Below, one piece after another: positions 46,556 through 56,678 of a stretch of DNA of 64,000 bases. Made by a program: the position numbers and the translations under genes. The notes beneath the pieces are model-generated. The model saw only the letters and a program-made list of their open reading frames with translations, did no database searches and was not told the origin of the DNA. Source of the stretch: an uncultured Thermoleophilia bacterium (GTDB lineage: Bacteria > Actinomycetota > Thermoleophilia > UBA2241); the NCBI GenBank assembly GCA_963702475.1, contig CAVPCT010000003.1, forward strand, positions 64,001-128,000, in the 5' to 3' direction. Within the stretch, counting starts at the first letter, position 1. Each line of letters starts with the position of its first letter.

Positions 46556-47374
46556 TCACCCCAGCGCGCCGGCCTCTGTGAGCAGCTCCAGGAAGGCGGG
46601 CATGAGCGCCGGGTGCGCGGCGACGACGGCGGGCCCGCGGCCGTGGGCCGCGGGCCGCAACTCGACGGTCGCACCGGCCTCCCGCGCGATCACCATGCCC
46701 GCCGTGTAGTCCCACGGCGACAGGTCGAGCTCCCAGTAGGCGTCCACGCGCCCCGCGGCGACGTGGCACAGGTCGACGGCGGCGGCACCGGCGCGGCGGA
46801 TGTCGCGCACCCGGGCGAGCAGGGCGGCGACCACGGCGCCCTGGCGCCGGCGCTGCTCGGCGTCGTAGGAGAAGCCGGTGGCGACGAGGGCGCGCGCGAG
46901 GTCCTGCGGTTCGCGCGCCCGGATCCGCCGGCCGTCGCACCCGGCTCCGAAGCCGGCGACGGCCGAGAACAGCCTGCCGGAGGCCGAGTCGAGCACCACG
47001 CCGAGGGCCGGCTCCCCGTCCACCTCGACGCCGATCGAGGCGGCGAAGGACGGGTAGTCGTACACGTAGTTGGTGGTGCCGTCGAGCGGGTCGACGACCC
47101 AGCGGACCCCGCTCGTCCCGTCCATCAGGCTGCCCTCTTCGGCCAGCAGCGCGTCGCCGGGACGCGCGGCGCGCAGCCGCTCGACGATGAGCCGTTCGAC
47201 GCGCTCGTCGATCTGGCTGACCAGGTCGGTCGGCGAAGACTTCGTCTGCACGCGGAGTCCTTCGGCGCGCCCCTTCGCGTGCTCGCGCCCGGCCGCGCGT
47301 GCAAGCTCCTCCGCAAGAGCCAGCAGCTCGCGCAGGCCGGCCGGGGCCGATGCGAAAAGGTCCACGTGGTCCAT
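46556..47374 (-). CDS. suhB: Inositol monophosphatase family protein
   Basis: TKSSPTDLVS, LLAEE, WVVDPLDGTTNY, WDYTAG. Confidence 0.9.
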   Translation of the reverse strand: MDHVDLFASAPAGLRELLALAEELARAAGREHAKGRAEGLRVQTKSSPTDLVSQIDERVERLIVERLRAARPGDALLAEEGSLMDGTSGVRWVVDPLDGTTNYVYDYPSFAASIGVEVDGEPALGVVLDSASGRLFSAVAGFGAGCDGRRIRAREPQDLARALVATGFSYDAEQRRRQGAVVAALLARVRDIRRAGAAAVDLCHVAAGRVDAYWELDLSPWDYTAGMVIAREAGATVELRPAAHGRGPAVVAAHPALMPAFLELLTEAGALG

Positions 47375-47537
47375 GTCGTCGTCTCCGCGGTTCCGATCGA
47401 GGGTTGGTGCCGGTCGATACTACCCCGGGGAGGCCGCCGGCGCCGGTCCGGCCCGCGTTCTCGCTCCGCTGCGCGAACGGGAGTATTCTGGCCCGGTCCC
47501 GCCGCGGCAGCGGCGCCGGCTCCCGGGAGGCGCGCGC

Positions 47538-48305
47538 ATGATCGCCACCGCTTCTGCGTTCTGGTCCCACTGGGCCTGGGCTGCCCTCACGGCCGTGCTC
47601 GGTTTCGTCTTCTTCGGCCTGGTCTTCCGGCAGTACCTCAAGCGCCGGCGCATGCACCAGCTGGCCTGGGCGATCGGCCTCCTGCTCTACGCGATCGCCG
47701 CCGCCATGGAGGCGTACTCCGAGTCCACCGGTGAGTGGCTGCCGTTCGTCTACCGGATCTACATCGTGATCGCCGCGTCCCTGGTCGGCTTCCTGGGGCT
47801 CGGGACGCTCTACCTCGTCGCGCGCAGACGCAGGTGGGGCGACCACTACTTCGTCTTCCTCATCGCCTGCATGGCCGTGTTCTTCATCGGGACGTTCACG
47901 GTGCAGCTCGACATGCACAAGCTCGTTCCCGGCATCACTGTCGGGGGCCAGGCGCTGGGGGAGAGCCTCACCTTTCCGCGATTGATGTCGCTGCCGCTCA
48001 ACATCACCGGCACGATCCTGCTGTTCGGCGGGGCCCTGTGGTCGGTGATCCGGTTCGCGCGCAAGCGCGAGTTCGGCTACCGCGTGTGGGCCAACGTGCT
48101 CATCGCCGCCGGCGCCGCGCTGCTCGCGGCCCTGGGCTCGCGGGCTCGGCTGGGGCAGACCGCCGGCCTGTACCCGGCGGAGATGGTCAGCGCGGCGCTC
48201 ATGCTCGCCGGGTTCCTGCTCGCCGGGACGCTCGACAAGGGCACGAAGGCGCGGCAGGAGACGCGCACGGCGGCGGCCGGCGTCGGCCCGGGCGCCGGCG
48301 CCTGA
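47538..48305 (+). CDS. Multi-pass (about 7 TM) membrane protein of unknown function
   Basis: Alternating hydrophobic helices, QY..RR..HQLAW; RBS GGGAGG. Confidence 0.8.
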   Translation: MIATASAFWSHWAWAALTAVLGFVFFGLVFRQYLKRRRMHQLAWAIGLLLYAIAAAMEAYSESTGEWLPFVYRIYIVIAASLVGFLGLGTLYLVARRRRWGDHYFVFLIACMAVFFIGTFTVQLDMHKLVPGITVGGQALGESLTFPRLMSLPLNITGTILLFGGALWSVIRFARKREFGYRVWANVLIAAGAALLAALGSRARLGQTAGLYPAEMVSAALMLAGFLLAGTLDKGTKARQETRTAAAGVGPGAGA

Positions 48306-48317
48306 GGGGGCCGGCGG

Positions 48318-48776
48318 ATGGACTCGTTCTTCCAGCGCCCCGGCTTCCTGGGCACCGACGGCACCCTCGGTCCCGACCTCTCCCTGCTGCTCTCGCTGGT
48401 CGCCCTGGCGCTGCTCACGCTCGGCGTCGTGCTGGCGCGCCGCAAGCAGTACGAGGCGCACCGCTGGATCCAGACCGCGGCGGTGTGCGTCAGCGTGGTC
48501 CCGACAGCGGCGTGGATGATCCGCTCCCTGAGGCTGTACGTGCTGCCCGGGCTCCCGGGCAACCTGGTCTACGGGTCGTACGTGCTCACCGCTGTCCACG
48601 CCGTCGTGGGCGCCGTGGCCGTCGTCATGGGGGTGGTGCTCGTCGTGCGCGGCACTCAGCTCATGGCGGCCGGCCGCAGCTTGACGGGGTACAGGGCGGC
48701 CATGGGCGTCGCCTACCTGGCCTACGTCGTGGGGACGGCGCTGGGCGTCGCGCTGTACATCGTCCTCTATGCCTGA
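48318..48776 (+). CDS. DUF420-like membrane protein
   Basis: PGFLGT...DL, AR.KQY.AH..IQ, conserved His in TM3; four TMs. Confidence 0.7.
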   Translation: MDSFFQRPGFLGTDGTLGPDLSLLLSLVALALLTLGVVLARRKQYEAHRWIQTAAVCVSVVPTAAWMIRSLRLYVLPGLPGNLVYGSYVLTAVHAVVGAVAVVMGVVLVVRGTQLMAAGRSLTGYRAAMGVAYLAYVVGTALGVALYIVLYA

Positions 48777-50088
48777 CGCGGCGCTCCCGGTAGTCTCTTG
48801 CGCCGCGTCGGGTGCGGGCGAGAGCAGGCGCCGGTTCCGCACGCCCGACCGGCGCCTGCTCCTGCTGAGCATCGTGCTGCAGCTGGCGCTGGCGGCGGCG
48901 CTCGGCCACTCCTACGACACGAGGGTCTTCATGGCCGCCGGCTTCATGGTGGGGCACGGCCAGGACCCGTACGTGGCTCGCGACCTCAGCGCCGTGTTCC
49001 AGCACCCCCTGTTCGACGTGATGACCACCGTCGGCTACCCGCCGCCGTGGCCGCTGGCGCTCGGCGGGCTCTATCGCGCGGCATCCTGGCTTTCGTCGTC
49101 GCTGCTCGTGTACGGCGTCGTCATCAAGCTGCCGGTGGTGGCCGCCGCCGTGGGTCTGGCCTACCTCGTCGGCGCCGCGCTGGTGAGGGCGGGCGCCACC
49201 CAGGCAGCCGCGCGTGCGGCCTGGGTAGCCCTGCTGTTCAACCCCTTGGTGCTGTTCGCCGGCGCCGCGTGGGGTCAGATCGACGTGATCGTCGCGCTCC
49301 TCTCGGTCGGCGCGCTAGTGCTCCTGGAGCGCGGCCGCCCGCTGGAGTCGGCCATCCTGCTCGGCCTGGCGATCTGCACCAAACCCATCGGCTGGCCGAT
49401 CCTGCTGGTGGCTCTGGTGTACCTCGGATGGCGGTCGCGGCGGGCTGCAGTCGTGTACGCAGTCGTGGTCCTCGCCACCGTCACCGTGCTCGCGGTGGTG
49501 CCGTTTCTCGTGCTGAATTGGGACGCCACCCCCATCTTTCGGCGCCCCAACGCTCACTTCCTCATGGCCGGCGCCATGTCGTACACCACGGTGGTGCGCC
49601 TCTTCCGCGAACCGCTGGTCCTGCCGGGCCACTGGTGGCTGTTGAGTCTTCTGTGGATCCCGGTCGTCGCCATCGTGGCCGTAGTGGTGCTGCGCCGCGG
49701 CGTCGCCGACTTCGGCGACCTGGTGGCGCGGAGCGCGGCGCTGGTCCTCGCGTTCATGCTGGCGCGCACCTGGGTGGCCGAGCCCAACGCCGTGCTGCTG
49801 GTGCCGCTCGTGCTGGTCCCCGTGGCGCTGGGCAGGGTCGACCGGCGGCTGTTCACGGCGGCTTGGGCGGTGCCGCTGGCGTTCGCCGTCGCCGATCTTG
49901 CCCCGCTCCAGCTGTTGTGGGCGGCGTTCCCGGGGGCGATGGACCGCGCCCTCGCCGTCGCCGGCCGGGTCCGCGACGTCACGCTGGCGGCCCGTGCCTG
50001 TCTGGTGGTCGCGTGGCAGGTGGTCGGCTGGTGGCTCGTGGCGGCGTGCGGGGCGGGATGGACCGGATCACGGGGGGAACGGGCGTGA
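48769..50088 (+). CDS. GT-C fold membrane glycosyltransferase (GT87/mannosyltransferase-like)
   Basis: GHSYD, G.DPY, GYPPPW, KLP, LFNP....AAWGQID, K.I.W; many TMs. Confidence 0.75.
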   Translation: MPDAALPVVSCAASGAGESRRRFRTPDRRLLLLSIVLQLALAAALGHSYDTRVFMAAGFMVGHGQDPYVARDLSAVFQHPLFDVMTTVGYPPPWPLALGGLYRAASWLSSSLLVYGVVIKLPVVAAAVGLAYLVGAALVRAGATQAAARAAWVALLFNPLVLFAGAAWGQIDVIVALLSVGALVLLERGRPLESAILLGLAICTKPIGWPILLVALVYLGWRSRRAAVVYAVVVLATVTVLAVVPFLVLNWDATPIFRRPNAHFLMAGAMSYTTVVRLFREPLVLPGHWWLLSLLWIPVVAIVAVVVLRRGVADFGDLVARSAALVLAFMLARTWVAEPNAVLLVPLVLVPVALGRVDRRLFTAAWAVPLAFAVADLAPLQLLWAAFPGAMDRALAVAGRVRDVTLAARACLVVAWQVVGWWLVAACGAGWTGSRGERA

Positions 50089-50933
50089 ACGTGCGTGTGG
50101 AGCTGGCCGACGGGCTGTCGCTGGAGATGGTCCCGGCGGGCAGAGGTGATGACGCGGCTGGCGCCGACGGGTTTCCGAGCGCGCGGCTCCAGCGCGGCCT
50201 CCTGCTGCGCGACGGGCCCGCGGATCTGGCCGAGGAGGGGGTCGGTTTCGGCGTGCCGGTCCTCAAGTGCGGCGCGCACACAGTGTTCCCCGGGGGCGCG
50301 GACCTGGAGGTGCGCGAGGACGGCCCGCTGTGCACCATACGGGCCGTCTATCGGATGGACCTGGTGGAGCGCCTGGCCGGTGCCCGCGGCGGCACCCTGC
50401 GGTCGCGGCCGCTGTACGCGGCCAAAGACGCGCTCGCCGCGCTCCACCGGCGCCTGCCGGCGGCGCGTCGCGTCCTCACCGCCGCGTCGAGCGCGTTGCG
50501 CCGACGGTTCCGCTGGCGGACTGTCTACGTGCCGGTCGGACTCTGCGCCGTGATCCCGGTCACGGTGTCCGTCGACCGACGCGACGGCTCCCTCGTCGTG
50601 AGCGCCGCTCTCGGCGGGCTGCCCGCCGGCGCCACTGAGGTCGCGCTGATGAACGAGCAGGGGGCGCGGACCTTCACCCGCTACGAGGACGAAGCGGGCG
50701 CCGTTCTGCTCGGCGGCGCCATCGGCACGTGGGAGGAGGTGACGGCCCCGGTGGCACGCTTCGTCAGCACCGCGCGCCGGGTCTCGTTCGCCGCGGAACG
50801 CGTGGACGGTACGACCCTGTATCGAGGCCGCGAGCTCGTCGGTACTCGTCTGGCGTGGGCCGGCCTCGGGCTGCTCGTCCCGGCGGCCCGCCGGGACGTG
50901 AGCTACACGGTGCGGGTGAGCAGGACGGCGTGA
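50085..50933 (+). CDS. Conserved-looking soluble hypothetical protein
   Basis: GTGA overlaps at both ends; motifs LAEEGVGFGVPV, MNEQGA..F..Y, GRELVG.RLAWAG. Confidence 0.75.
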   Translation: MNVRVELADGLSLEMVPAGRGDDAAGADGFPSARLQRGLLLRDGPADLAEEGVGFGVPVLKCGAHTVFPGGADLEVREDGPLCTIRAVYRMDLVERLAGARGGTLRSRPLYAAKDALAALHRRLPAARRVLTAASSALRRRFRWRTVYVPVGLCAVIPVTVSVDRRDGSLVVSAALGGLPAGATEVALMNEQGARTFTRYEDEAGAVLLGGAIGTWEEVTAPVARFVSTARRVSFAAERVDGTTLYRGRELVGTRLAWAGLGLLVPAARRDVSYTVRVSRTA

Positions 50934-52291
50934 GCTCGCTCCTGCTTGTCTATCCCTACTTCCGGCCGCGCGTGGACCGCTCGCAGTTCCGCTTTCCGCC
51001 GCTCGGCGTGCTGTATGTGGCGGCTGCCGCGCGCGCCGCCGGTCATGAGGTGACGGTGCTCGACTGCACCTTTCTGACGCGCCGGGAGGCCGCGCGTCGC
51101 GCGCTCGCGGCCGGCGCCGAGGTGGTGGGTGTCTCCTGCCTCTCCACGCTGGAGGACGACTGCTTCGGCATGGCGAGGCTGCTGCGCGGGCGCTGCCGGC
51201 TTCTCGTCGCCGGCGGCCCGTCGCCGACGTGCGACCCGGAGGAGTTCCTCGGCGCATTCGACGTTGTGGTGCGTGGCGAGGGCGAGCGCACGATGGTCGA
51301 GCTCCTGGCGGCACTGGAGTCGCGCGGCGACCTCGCGGCGGTGCCCGGCGTGGTGACGCAGACTCGCGTCGACGCCGCGGGCGCCGCCGCGGTCCTCGCG
51401 CCGGCGCGGCCGTTCGCGGACGACGTGGACGCGCTGCCGTTCCCGGCCCGCGACCTGCTGCCCAACGAGGCGTACCTCGCCGACGGCCGCAGGCGGTTCG
51501 GCGCCTCGGTGACGACCGTCATGAGCACACGCGGGTGTCCGTTCGCGTGCGACTTCTGCAGCAACGTGGTCTTCGGCCGCTCGTACCGGGCGCGCGCGCC
51601 GCGCTCGGTGGTCGACGAAGCCGAGCAGGCGCTCGCCCTGGGGTACGAGCGCATCTCCTTCGCCGACGACGTCTTCACCCTGGAGCCGGGCCGTGTGGCC
51701 GCCGTGTGCGACGAGATCGAGCGCCGCGGCCTCCGCTTCGCCTGGGAGTGCCTCGGCCGCGTCGACGGCTTCGACGCCGAGACCGCCCATCACCTGCGCG
51801 CCGCCGGCTGCGACCGCGTGTTCTTCGGCATCGAGTCGGGGGTGGACGCGGTGCTGCGGCTCATGAACAAGCGGACCACGGTCGAGCAGGCGCGGAACGC
51901 TGTGCTCACGGCCCGCGCGGCGGGCCTGCGGGTCGGCGCCTTCTTCATCCTGTGCTACCCGGGCGAGACCGACGAGACGGTGCTCCGGACGCTGCGCTTT
52001 GCGGCGTCGCTGCCGTTGGACTACCTGGGTCTCACGGTGCCGTATCCGCTGCCCGGCACCGGGCTTGCCACGAGAGTGGGCGGCAGCACCCGCGCCCAAC
52101 GCCGGGGCCCCCGCCTCGTCACGCGCCACGCCGTGACCTATGAGGGCGACTTCTCGGCGGCCAAGATGCGTGTCGCCCTGCTCAGAGGCCGGCTGCAGTT
52201 CGAGATGGGCCGGCGGCTCGGGCGCTTCGGCCCCGCCGCCCTCTCGCTGCTCGAGCCGGCCGGCGACGCGCTCTTCCGCGCGCTGCCCTGA
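50930..52291 (+). CDS. Cobalamin-binding radical SAM enzyme
   Basis: FPPLG..Y, VAGGP.P, VVRGEGE, TRGCPFACDFC, FADDVF, GIESG, PGET. Confidence 0.92.
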   Translation: MSSLLLVYPYFRPRVDRSQFRFPPLGVLYVAAAARAAGHEVTVLDCTFLTRREAARRALAAGAEVVGVSCLSTLEDDCFGMARLLRGRCRLLVAGGPSPTCDPEEFLGAFDVVVRGEGERTMVELLAALESRGDLAAVPGVVTQTRVDAAGAAAVLAPARPFADDVDALPFPARDLLPNEAYLADGRRRFGASVTTVMSTRGCPFACDFCSNVVFGRSYRARAPRSVVDEAEQALALGYERISFADDVFTLEPGRVAAVCDEIERRGLRFAWECLGRVDGFDAETAHHLRAAGCDRVFFGIESGVDAVLRLMNKRTTVEQARNAVLTARAAGLRVGAFFILCYPGETDETVLRTLRFAASLPLDYLGLTVPYPLPGTGLATRVGGSTRAQRRGPRLVTRHAVTYEGDFSAAKMRVALLRGRLQFEMGRRLGRFGPAALSLLEPAGDALFRALP

Positions 52292-52385
52292 GCGACGGCC
52301 TGTCTGCGCCGACCGTGGTCGGCCGCGGCGCGCTCCGCAGTCGGTCAGGGTGTCTGCGGCCGTGCCGGGTGCCGGCGCCCGGCCC

Positions 52386-53756
52386 TCAGCCCTGCGTCCG
52401 CCGCGCCTCCCGGCGTCGCGCGGACTCCGCCAGCGTCTCCGCCACGCGACGGCGCAGCCACGACTCGTCGATGTCCGAGGGGAACACGAACGTCAGCTCG
52501 TTCTCCCGGGTCCAATCGCGCCCGGGGTCCTGCCCGCCGAGGCGTTGGTACAGACGCGAGCCCGGAAGGGGCATCGGCACGTTGAAGGAGATGTCGTCAA
52601 GTGGCAGCGCGAGAGCCAGTGCCAGCGTCTGCTCGATCGCCTCGGGCGTTTCGCCGGGGTACCCGACGATGAAGAACGCGGCGGCCTCGATGCCGGCGTC
52701 ACGGTAGATCGACGTGGTCGCGACGCCGTCCTCCACCGTGGCCTGCTTGTGCATCAGGTCGAGCGTCGCCTGGCTTCCGGACTCGAGTCCGAGATGGACC
52801 CGACGGCAGCCGGCTGCGTACATCATGGCGGCCGTCTCCGGAGTGACCCGGTCGGCGCGCGAGAGACAGCTCCACGTGAGGCCCAGCGGCGTGATCCGGC
52901 GACAGAGCTCGGTGAGGTGGGCGGTGTCCAGCGTCAGGGTGTCGTCCGCGATCCACAGGCTGTCGTAGCCGAGAGCCTTGATCTGCCGGACCTCCTCGAC
53001 GACCGCGTCCAGGTCGCGGCGGCGGACCTCGTTCCCGAAGACGGGCTTGGAGCAGAAGTCGCAACCGAAGGGGCAGCCAAGCGTCGCGAGGAGCGAGGTG
53101 GGCCTTGCGCCCGTCTTGTGGAACCAGGCGGACTGGTAGGCGGCGTGGTCGAAGTCGCTGCGGTCGGGGAGGGGGAAGGTCCGCAGCTGCGCTTCGGTGT
53201 AGTGGACGGGCGGGACGTCGACGCGCAGGTCGTCGCGCGCGATGAGCAGGCCGTCGTAGCTCCCGAGCTCGAGCTCCTCCAGACGCCGGCGAGGCGAGGG
53301 CAGGCTGAGGTAGTCGCGGCAGAACGCCGGGAAGCCAAGGTCGGCCTCCCCGCGGAACACGGCGTCGAAGGGGCCGGTGAAGCGCTCGGGAAAGACGGTG
53401 GGCAGCGGTCCGCCGGCCACCAGCAGCGCCCCGGGCAGCTCGGCGCGCACGACCTCCGCCACCCGGAGCGCCGCGGCAGTGAGGCTCACCATCGCACCGA
53501 CGCCGACCACGTCGGGGCGCCACGCGGCCAATTCGGTCCGCAGGCTCTCCAGACTGGCGAAGGTGCAGTCGAACACGCGTGTCTCGACGCCGAGCCGCCG
53601 CAGCTGCGCCGCGAGGGCGGCCAGGCCGAGCGGCGGAAACAGCAACTCGGTCGCCGCTCTGGTGCGGACGTAGGGAAAGACGAGGGCTACGCGGCCTTCG
53701 GGAAGCGCGGGGACGGCGGGCGACGACGGCGAGCGCTTGTGCGCATCCTTCGTCAT
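52386..53756 (-). CDS. Cobalamin-binding radical SAM enzyme (related to the convergent gene)
   Basis: FPPLG, VAGGPLP, FRGEAD, GCPFGCDFC, IADD, GLESGS, GYPGET. Confidence 0.92.
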   Translation of the reverse strand: MTKDAHKRSPSSPAVPALPEGRVALVFPYVRTRAATELLFPPLGLAALAAQLRRLGVETRVFDCTFASLESLRTELAAWRPDVVGVGAMVSLTAAALRVAEVVRAELPGALLVAGGPLPTVFPERFTGPFDAVFRGEADLGFPAFCRDYLSLPSPRRRLEELELGSYDGLLIARDDLRVDVPPVHYTEAQLRTFPLPDRSDFDHAAYQSAWFHKTGARPTSLLATLGCPFGCDFCSKPVFGNEVRRRDLDAVVEEVRQIKALGYDSLWIADDTLTLDTAHLTELCRRITPLGLTWSCLSRADRVTPETAAMMYAAGCRRVHLGLESGSQATLDLMHKQATVEDGVATTSIYRDAGIEAAAFFIVGYPGETPEAIEQTLALALALPLDDISFNVPMPLPGSRLYQRLGGQDPGRDWTRENELTFVFPSDIDESWLRRRVAETLAESARRREARRTQG

Positions 53757-54036
53757 CTCGCCCTGAAGCCTGACCACGCCGAGCGTGCCGCCGTGTGCTG
53801 CGCCGTCGCCGTGAGCGCGGCAAGGACGAGTAGTGCCAGGCGGACGGCCGACGGCGGACGCGTCCGGGTCGACAACGGCCGGTGCACGGCTCTTCCTTCC
53901 CTCGGCGACACGGGCGTGTGCAGTGTGCCGAGCGCGGCGCGGCGGCGCAACCGTCGTGCCGCCGTAGTCACCGCGCTTGACCCGAGCGCGTTGCGGGCAT
54001 GGTCTCGTCGACGTGAGCGCGGGCGAGGAGGTCGCC

Positions 54037-54690
54037 GTGATCGAGGTGGTGATCTGGTCGGACATCGTCTGACCGTGGTGCTATGTCGGCGCGTCGCGCT
54101 GGCGAGCGGCACTGGGGCAACTGGGCGACGAGGTGGCGGAGGTCGTCTGGAGGTACGGGGCGTTCGAGCTCGATCCCACGGTCCCGGCCGGTGGTGTGGA
54201 TGCCGTGGACTACCTGCGGCGCAAGTACGATGCTGAGGTGGTGAAGTCGATCGGCGAGCGGCTTGCGGCGGTCGCGGCGGCCGAGGGATTGCCGATGGCG
54301 GAACCCCCGGTCGGTGGCGTGCGGCCGAACACGTTCAACGCGCACAGGCTGCTGACGGCTGCGCTGGACGAGGGCGGCGAGGCGGTGCAACAGACCCTCG
54401 CCGACGCTCTCTTCAGGGCCTGCTGGGCCGAGGCGCGGGACACCGGTGACGTCGGTGTGCTGGAGGAGATCGGCGTGGCGGCGGGCATGGACGCAGCTCT
54501 CGTGCGCGAGGTCCTCGCCGGGGACGCGTACGCGCAGGCCGTGCGGGCCGAGGAGCGAGAGGCGCGCGAGGCGGGCATCACGGCCGTCCCCACGTTCGTG
54601 CTGGACGGCCGCCTGGCGGTGAGCGGCGCGCAGACCGCGGACGTGCTGGCGCAGGCGGTGCGGCGCGCGGCGCAGCTCGAGCGCCGCTGA
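54037..54690 (+). CDS. FrnE/DsbA family thiol oxidoreductase, probable selenoprotein (UGA at 54070-54072, UPWC motif)
   Basis: RBS GAGGAGG, GTG start: MIEVVIWSDIV-UGA-PWCYVG in frame with ORF 54133..54690 (PNTFNAHRL, GITAVPTF). The UGA replaces the first Cys of the family CPWC motif. Confidence 0.85.
54073..54115 (+). promoter_or_regulatory. Putative bacterial SECIS element
   Basis: GTCGGCGC-gtc-GCGCTGGC stem with a G-starting loop 20 nt after the UGA, plus a lower GTGCT/GGCAC stem. Confidence 0.55.
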
Positions 54691-54727
54691 GGACGGATCG
54701 GAGCTCGGCGGCTGCTCCGGGGCGAGC

Positions 54728-54770
54728 CGCGGCGAGCGGCCGCGACGGTGCGCTGCGCCCGCTCGCCGCG
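54728..54770. terminator. 12-bp inverted repeat between convergent genes
   Basis: CGCGGCGAGCGG...CCGCTCGCCGCG. Confidence 0.45.
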
Positions 54771-54775
54771 CCTGG

Positions 54776-56611
54776 TCAGAGTATCCGCTGCGGCAGTACC
54801 CGCTGTGCGTTGAGCACCACGCGGTAGGCCTCCTGCAGCTCGGCCTTCGTGAGGGGGCGAAGCTTGGCCGTGTCGATAGCGTCCTCCGGGCGCCGTCCGG
54901 CGCGGATGGCCTCGGCGTGGTGCTGGAACCGCAGGGTCGACATACTGACGAAGGCCTCGCGCAGACCCTGGGCCGAGGTGGTGCCTTCAGCCTTCGCCTC
55001 CTGCACGGCGGAGAGCCGCTCCAGCGTGGTCGGCGGCGTGAGGCCGGCGGCGAACGCGTAGTAGCGCGCCAGGTTCTGGATGGGCCGCAGGCCGCTCACC
55101 TTGAGGTCCACGGGGCCGGTGAGCCGCTGGCGGAAGCCGAGCGGGCTGCGGATCTCCGTGGCCAACTCCGAGACGCCGGCGAGGAAGCGCGCGTACTTCG
55201 GCGCCTGGCGGATGATGTCGTGCAGCCGCGGCGTGATCTCGAGGTCGCCGCCCACGTGCCGGAAGTCGAAGCTGATGGCTGCGTCCACGATGAGGCCCAC
55301 GTCGTCCCAGCCGCGCAGGTACGCCTGGAACAGCTGCCGCCACTGCGAGGCCGGCCTTCTCCAGTTGGGCCTCAGGGCGGCGACGCCGTGCGGATCGACG
55401 GGGATGCCGCAGGCGGCGACTCCGTTATTCACCTCTTCGGCCAGCCGGCCGAAGTAGTCGTCCGCATCCGGGTCGTCGGTATCGGCGTAGGCGAGCCCGT
55501 TGTCCTGGTCGGAGACCAGGGTCATCTCGTAGCGGGCGGCGCTGCCGAACGCCAGCCAGGCGTAGGGAACCGGCGGCGGCCCGAGCCGCCGTTCCGCCAA
55601 GTGCAGCAGGCGCACGGTCATGGCGTCGTGCAGCAGTGTGATGATGCGCATGAGGGCGGTCGCTGAGACGTTGGCGTCCACGAGGTCGAGGACGAGCTTG
55701 GGAAGGTCGGCCGCGGCCTCGGCCATCTCCTCCGGGCTCTCGGCCGCGAGGATGGCGTGGCGGAGCGCGAACGGGCTCAGTCTGTCGAGCGTCATGAGCC
55801 CGCTCGAGGAGAGCACGCCCAGCACCTGCCCCGAGCCGTCGACGACCGGCAGGTGGTTGACCCCGGCCTCCATCATCGCCAGGCTGGCCTCCTGGGCGAA
55901 GGCGTCGGCCCTGACGGTGACGACCGGGCAGGACATCACCTGGTCGACGGGCGTCTCCAGGGAGCCTCCGCTGGCGACGACCTTGTCGCGCAGGTCGACG
56001 TCCGTGACGATGCCCAGGCCTCTCGGGCCGAGCACCAGCAGGGCGGAGAGGTCCTTGGCTCTCATCGTGCGCGCCGCCTCGGCGACGGTGGTGTTGGGGC
56101 CCACGAACTCCGGCGCCCCGTGGAGGAGCGTGCGCACGGTACGCGTGCGGACGTCCGGCAGGCCCCGTGCGTGATCCACCGTCTGGGCGATGCGCATGCG
56201 CAGCGTCCTGGCGACGAAGACGACGCCGTCGGTGCGGCTGAGCACGTCCAGCGCCTGCTCGCCCGGGATGCAGTACAGCACGCTGTCCTCGCGCGCGCGG
56301 GCCGTGAAGGCGGGCGGCTCGCCGGTGAGCAGCGTGGGGTGGCCGAACACGTCGCCGCGGAAGAGCACGTCCACCACGACGCCGTCGGTGACGATCTCCA
56401 CGGCGCCCTCGCGGATCACGAAGAGCTCGGTGCCCGGGGCGCCGCCCTCGTGCAGCAGGACCTCGCCGGTGGCCGTGGGCCGTTTGACGAGCGCCGTCGC
56501 CACATCTTCCAGGCGTCGGTGGTCCAGCCCCTTGAAGGGGTCGATCCGCGAGAGGAAGCGGGCCTCCTCGCTGAGGATCACGCTGCCGGTGTGGTCGGTG
56601 ACGGCGGCCAT
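54776..56611 (-). CDS. cNMP-binding + CBS pair + DUF294 putative nucleotidyltransferase signal protein
   Basis: LFVIREGAVE..GDVFG (cNMP), GIVTDVDLR and HLPVV (CBS), GSAARYEM...SDQDNG, DLK..GLRPI (DUF294/DUF294_C). Confidence 0.92.
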   Translation of the reverse strand: MAAVTDHTGSVILSEEARFLSRIDPFKGLDHRRLEDVATALVKRPTATGEVLLHEGGAPGTELFVIREGAVEIVTDGVVVDVLFRGDVFGHPTLLTGEPPAFTARAREDSVLYCIPGEQALDVLSRTDGVVFVARTLRMRIAQTVDHARGLPDVRTRTVRTLLHGAPEFVGPNTTVAEAARTMRAKDLSALLVLGPRGLGIVTDVDLRDKVVASGGSLETPVDQVMSCPVVTVRADAFAQEASLAMMEAGVNHLPVVDGSGQVLGVLSSSGLMTLDRLSPFALRHAILAAESPEEMAEAAADLPKLVLDLVDANVSATALMRIITLLHDAMTVRLLHLAERRLGPPPVPYAWLAFGSAARYEMTLVSDQDNGLAYADTDDPDADDYFGRLAEEVNNGVAACGIPVDPHGVAALRPNWRRPASQWRQLFQAYLRGWDDVGLIVDAAISFDFRHVGGDLEITPRLHDIIRQAPKYARFLAGVSELATEIRSPLGFRQRLTGPVDLKVSGLRPIQNLARYYAFAAGLTPPTTLERLSAVQEAKAEGTTSAQGLREAFVSMSTLRFQHHAEAIRAGRRPEDAIDTAKLRPLTKAELQEAYRVVLNAQRVLPQRIL

Positions 56612-56678
56612 GGCACTAGTATGTCAGACGGCCGGCCGGTCGTTCGCTCCAGACGGGAACGCGGACCGGAGGACGAGA

